From positions 1-40,502 of the forward strand of contig JAQVOJ010000008.1 of assembly GCA_028702675.1 (NCBI GenBank): a stretch of DNA of 40,502 nt. Direction: 5' to 3'. Below the pieces are notes generated by a model. It was not told the DNA's origin. It worked only from the letters and a program-made list of their open reading frames with translations, and searched no databases. The translations under genes were made by a program, and so were the position numbers. Below, piece after piece: positions 40,499-40,502 of the stretch (positions are counted from its first letter, which is position 1; each line of letters opens with the position of its first letter). This DNA is from Bacteroidales bacterium. Lineage in GTDB: Bacteria; Bacteroidota; Bacteroidia; Bacteroidales; ML635J-15.

Positions 40499-40502
40499 CA
40501 GG

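Noticed and set aside
1-40502. tRNA, rRNA, transposase or integrase genes
   Set aside because: No GTTCGAAT-type T-arm signatures, no rRNA-like conserved blocks and no transposase-like ORFs were found on either strand.

Overview
AT-rich, gene-dense chromosomal segment with typical Bacteroidota gene content (periplasmic MsrA, RprXY-like two-component pair, A-rich leaders, few Shine-Dalgarno sites). About 35 genes, mostly housekeeping, plus intrinsic terminators that are clear in the sequence. Confident calls include gmk, iorAB, recR, yidD, msrA, gyrA, clpC, a NfeD-flotillin operon, an M49-like lipoprotein peptidase, a CvfB-like S1 protein, pirin, and a 1851-aa alpha-2-macroglobulin with an intact thioester motif. 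Things outside routine annotation: (1) At the left edge (1-114) there are two copies of a hairpin-forming 33+ nt repeat around a unique spacer; this looks like the end of a CRISPR array that continues outside the window. No cas genes are visible. (2) A divergent pair of uncharacterised genes sits at 19336-21900. One (381 aa) looks like an FtsA/PilM-type actin-fold protein with degenerate nucleotide-binding motifs. Their 249-bp shared promoter region carries six or more copies of the heptamer AACTTAA/TTAAGTT, including a perfect 15-bp palindrome. This is the best candidate here for an undescribed regulatory module. (3) Two genes are broken. A GT1 glycosyltransferase is split by a single in-frame TAA. 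An outer-membrane-like protein is split by a frameshift plus an in-frame TAA. (4) A 58-aa winged-helix-like ORF at 25117-25293 is missing from the ORF track. (5) An orphan terminator hairpin lies upstream of msrA, and there are palindromic or direct-repeat operator candidates near the cvfB/pirin, LytTR and gyrA genes. No tRNA, rRNA, transposase or integrase signatures were seen.
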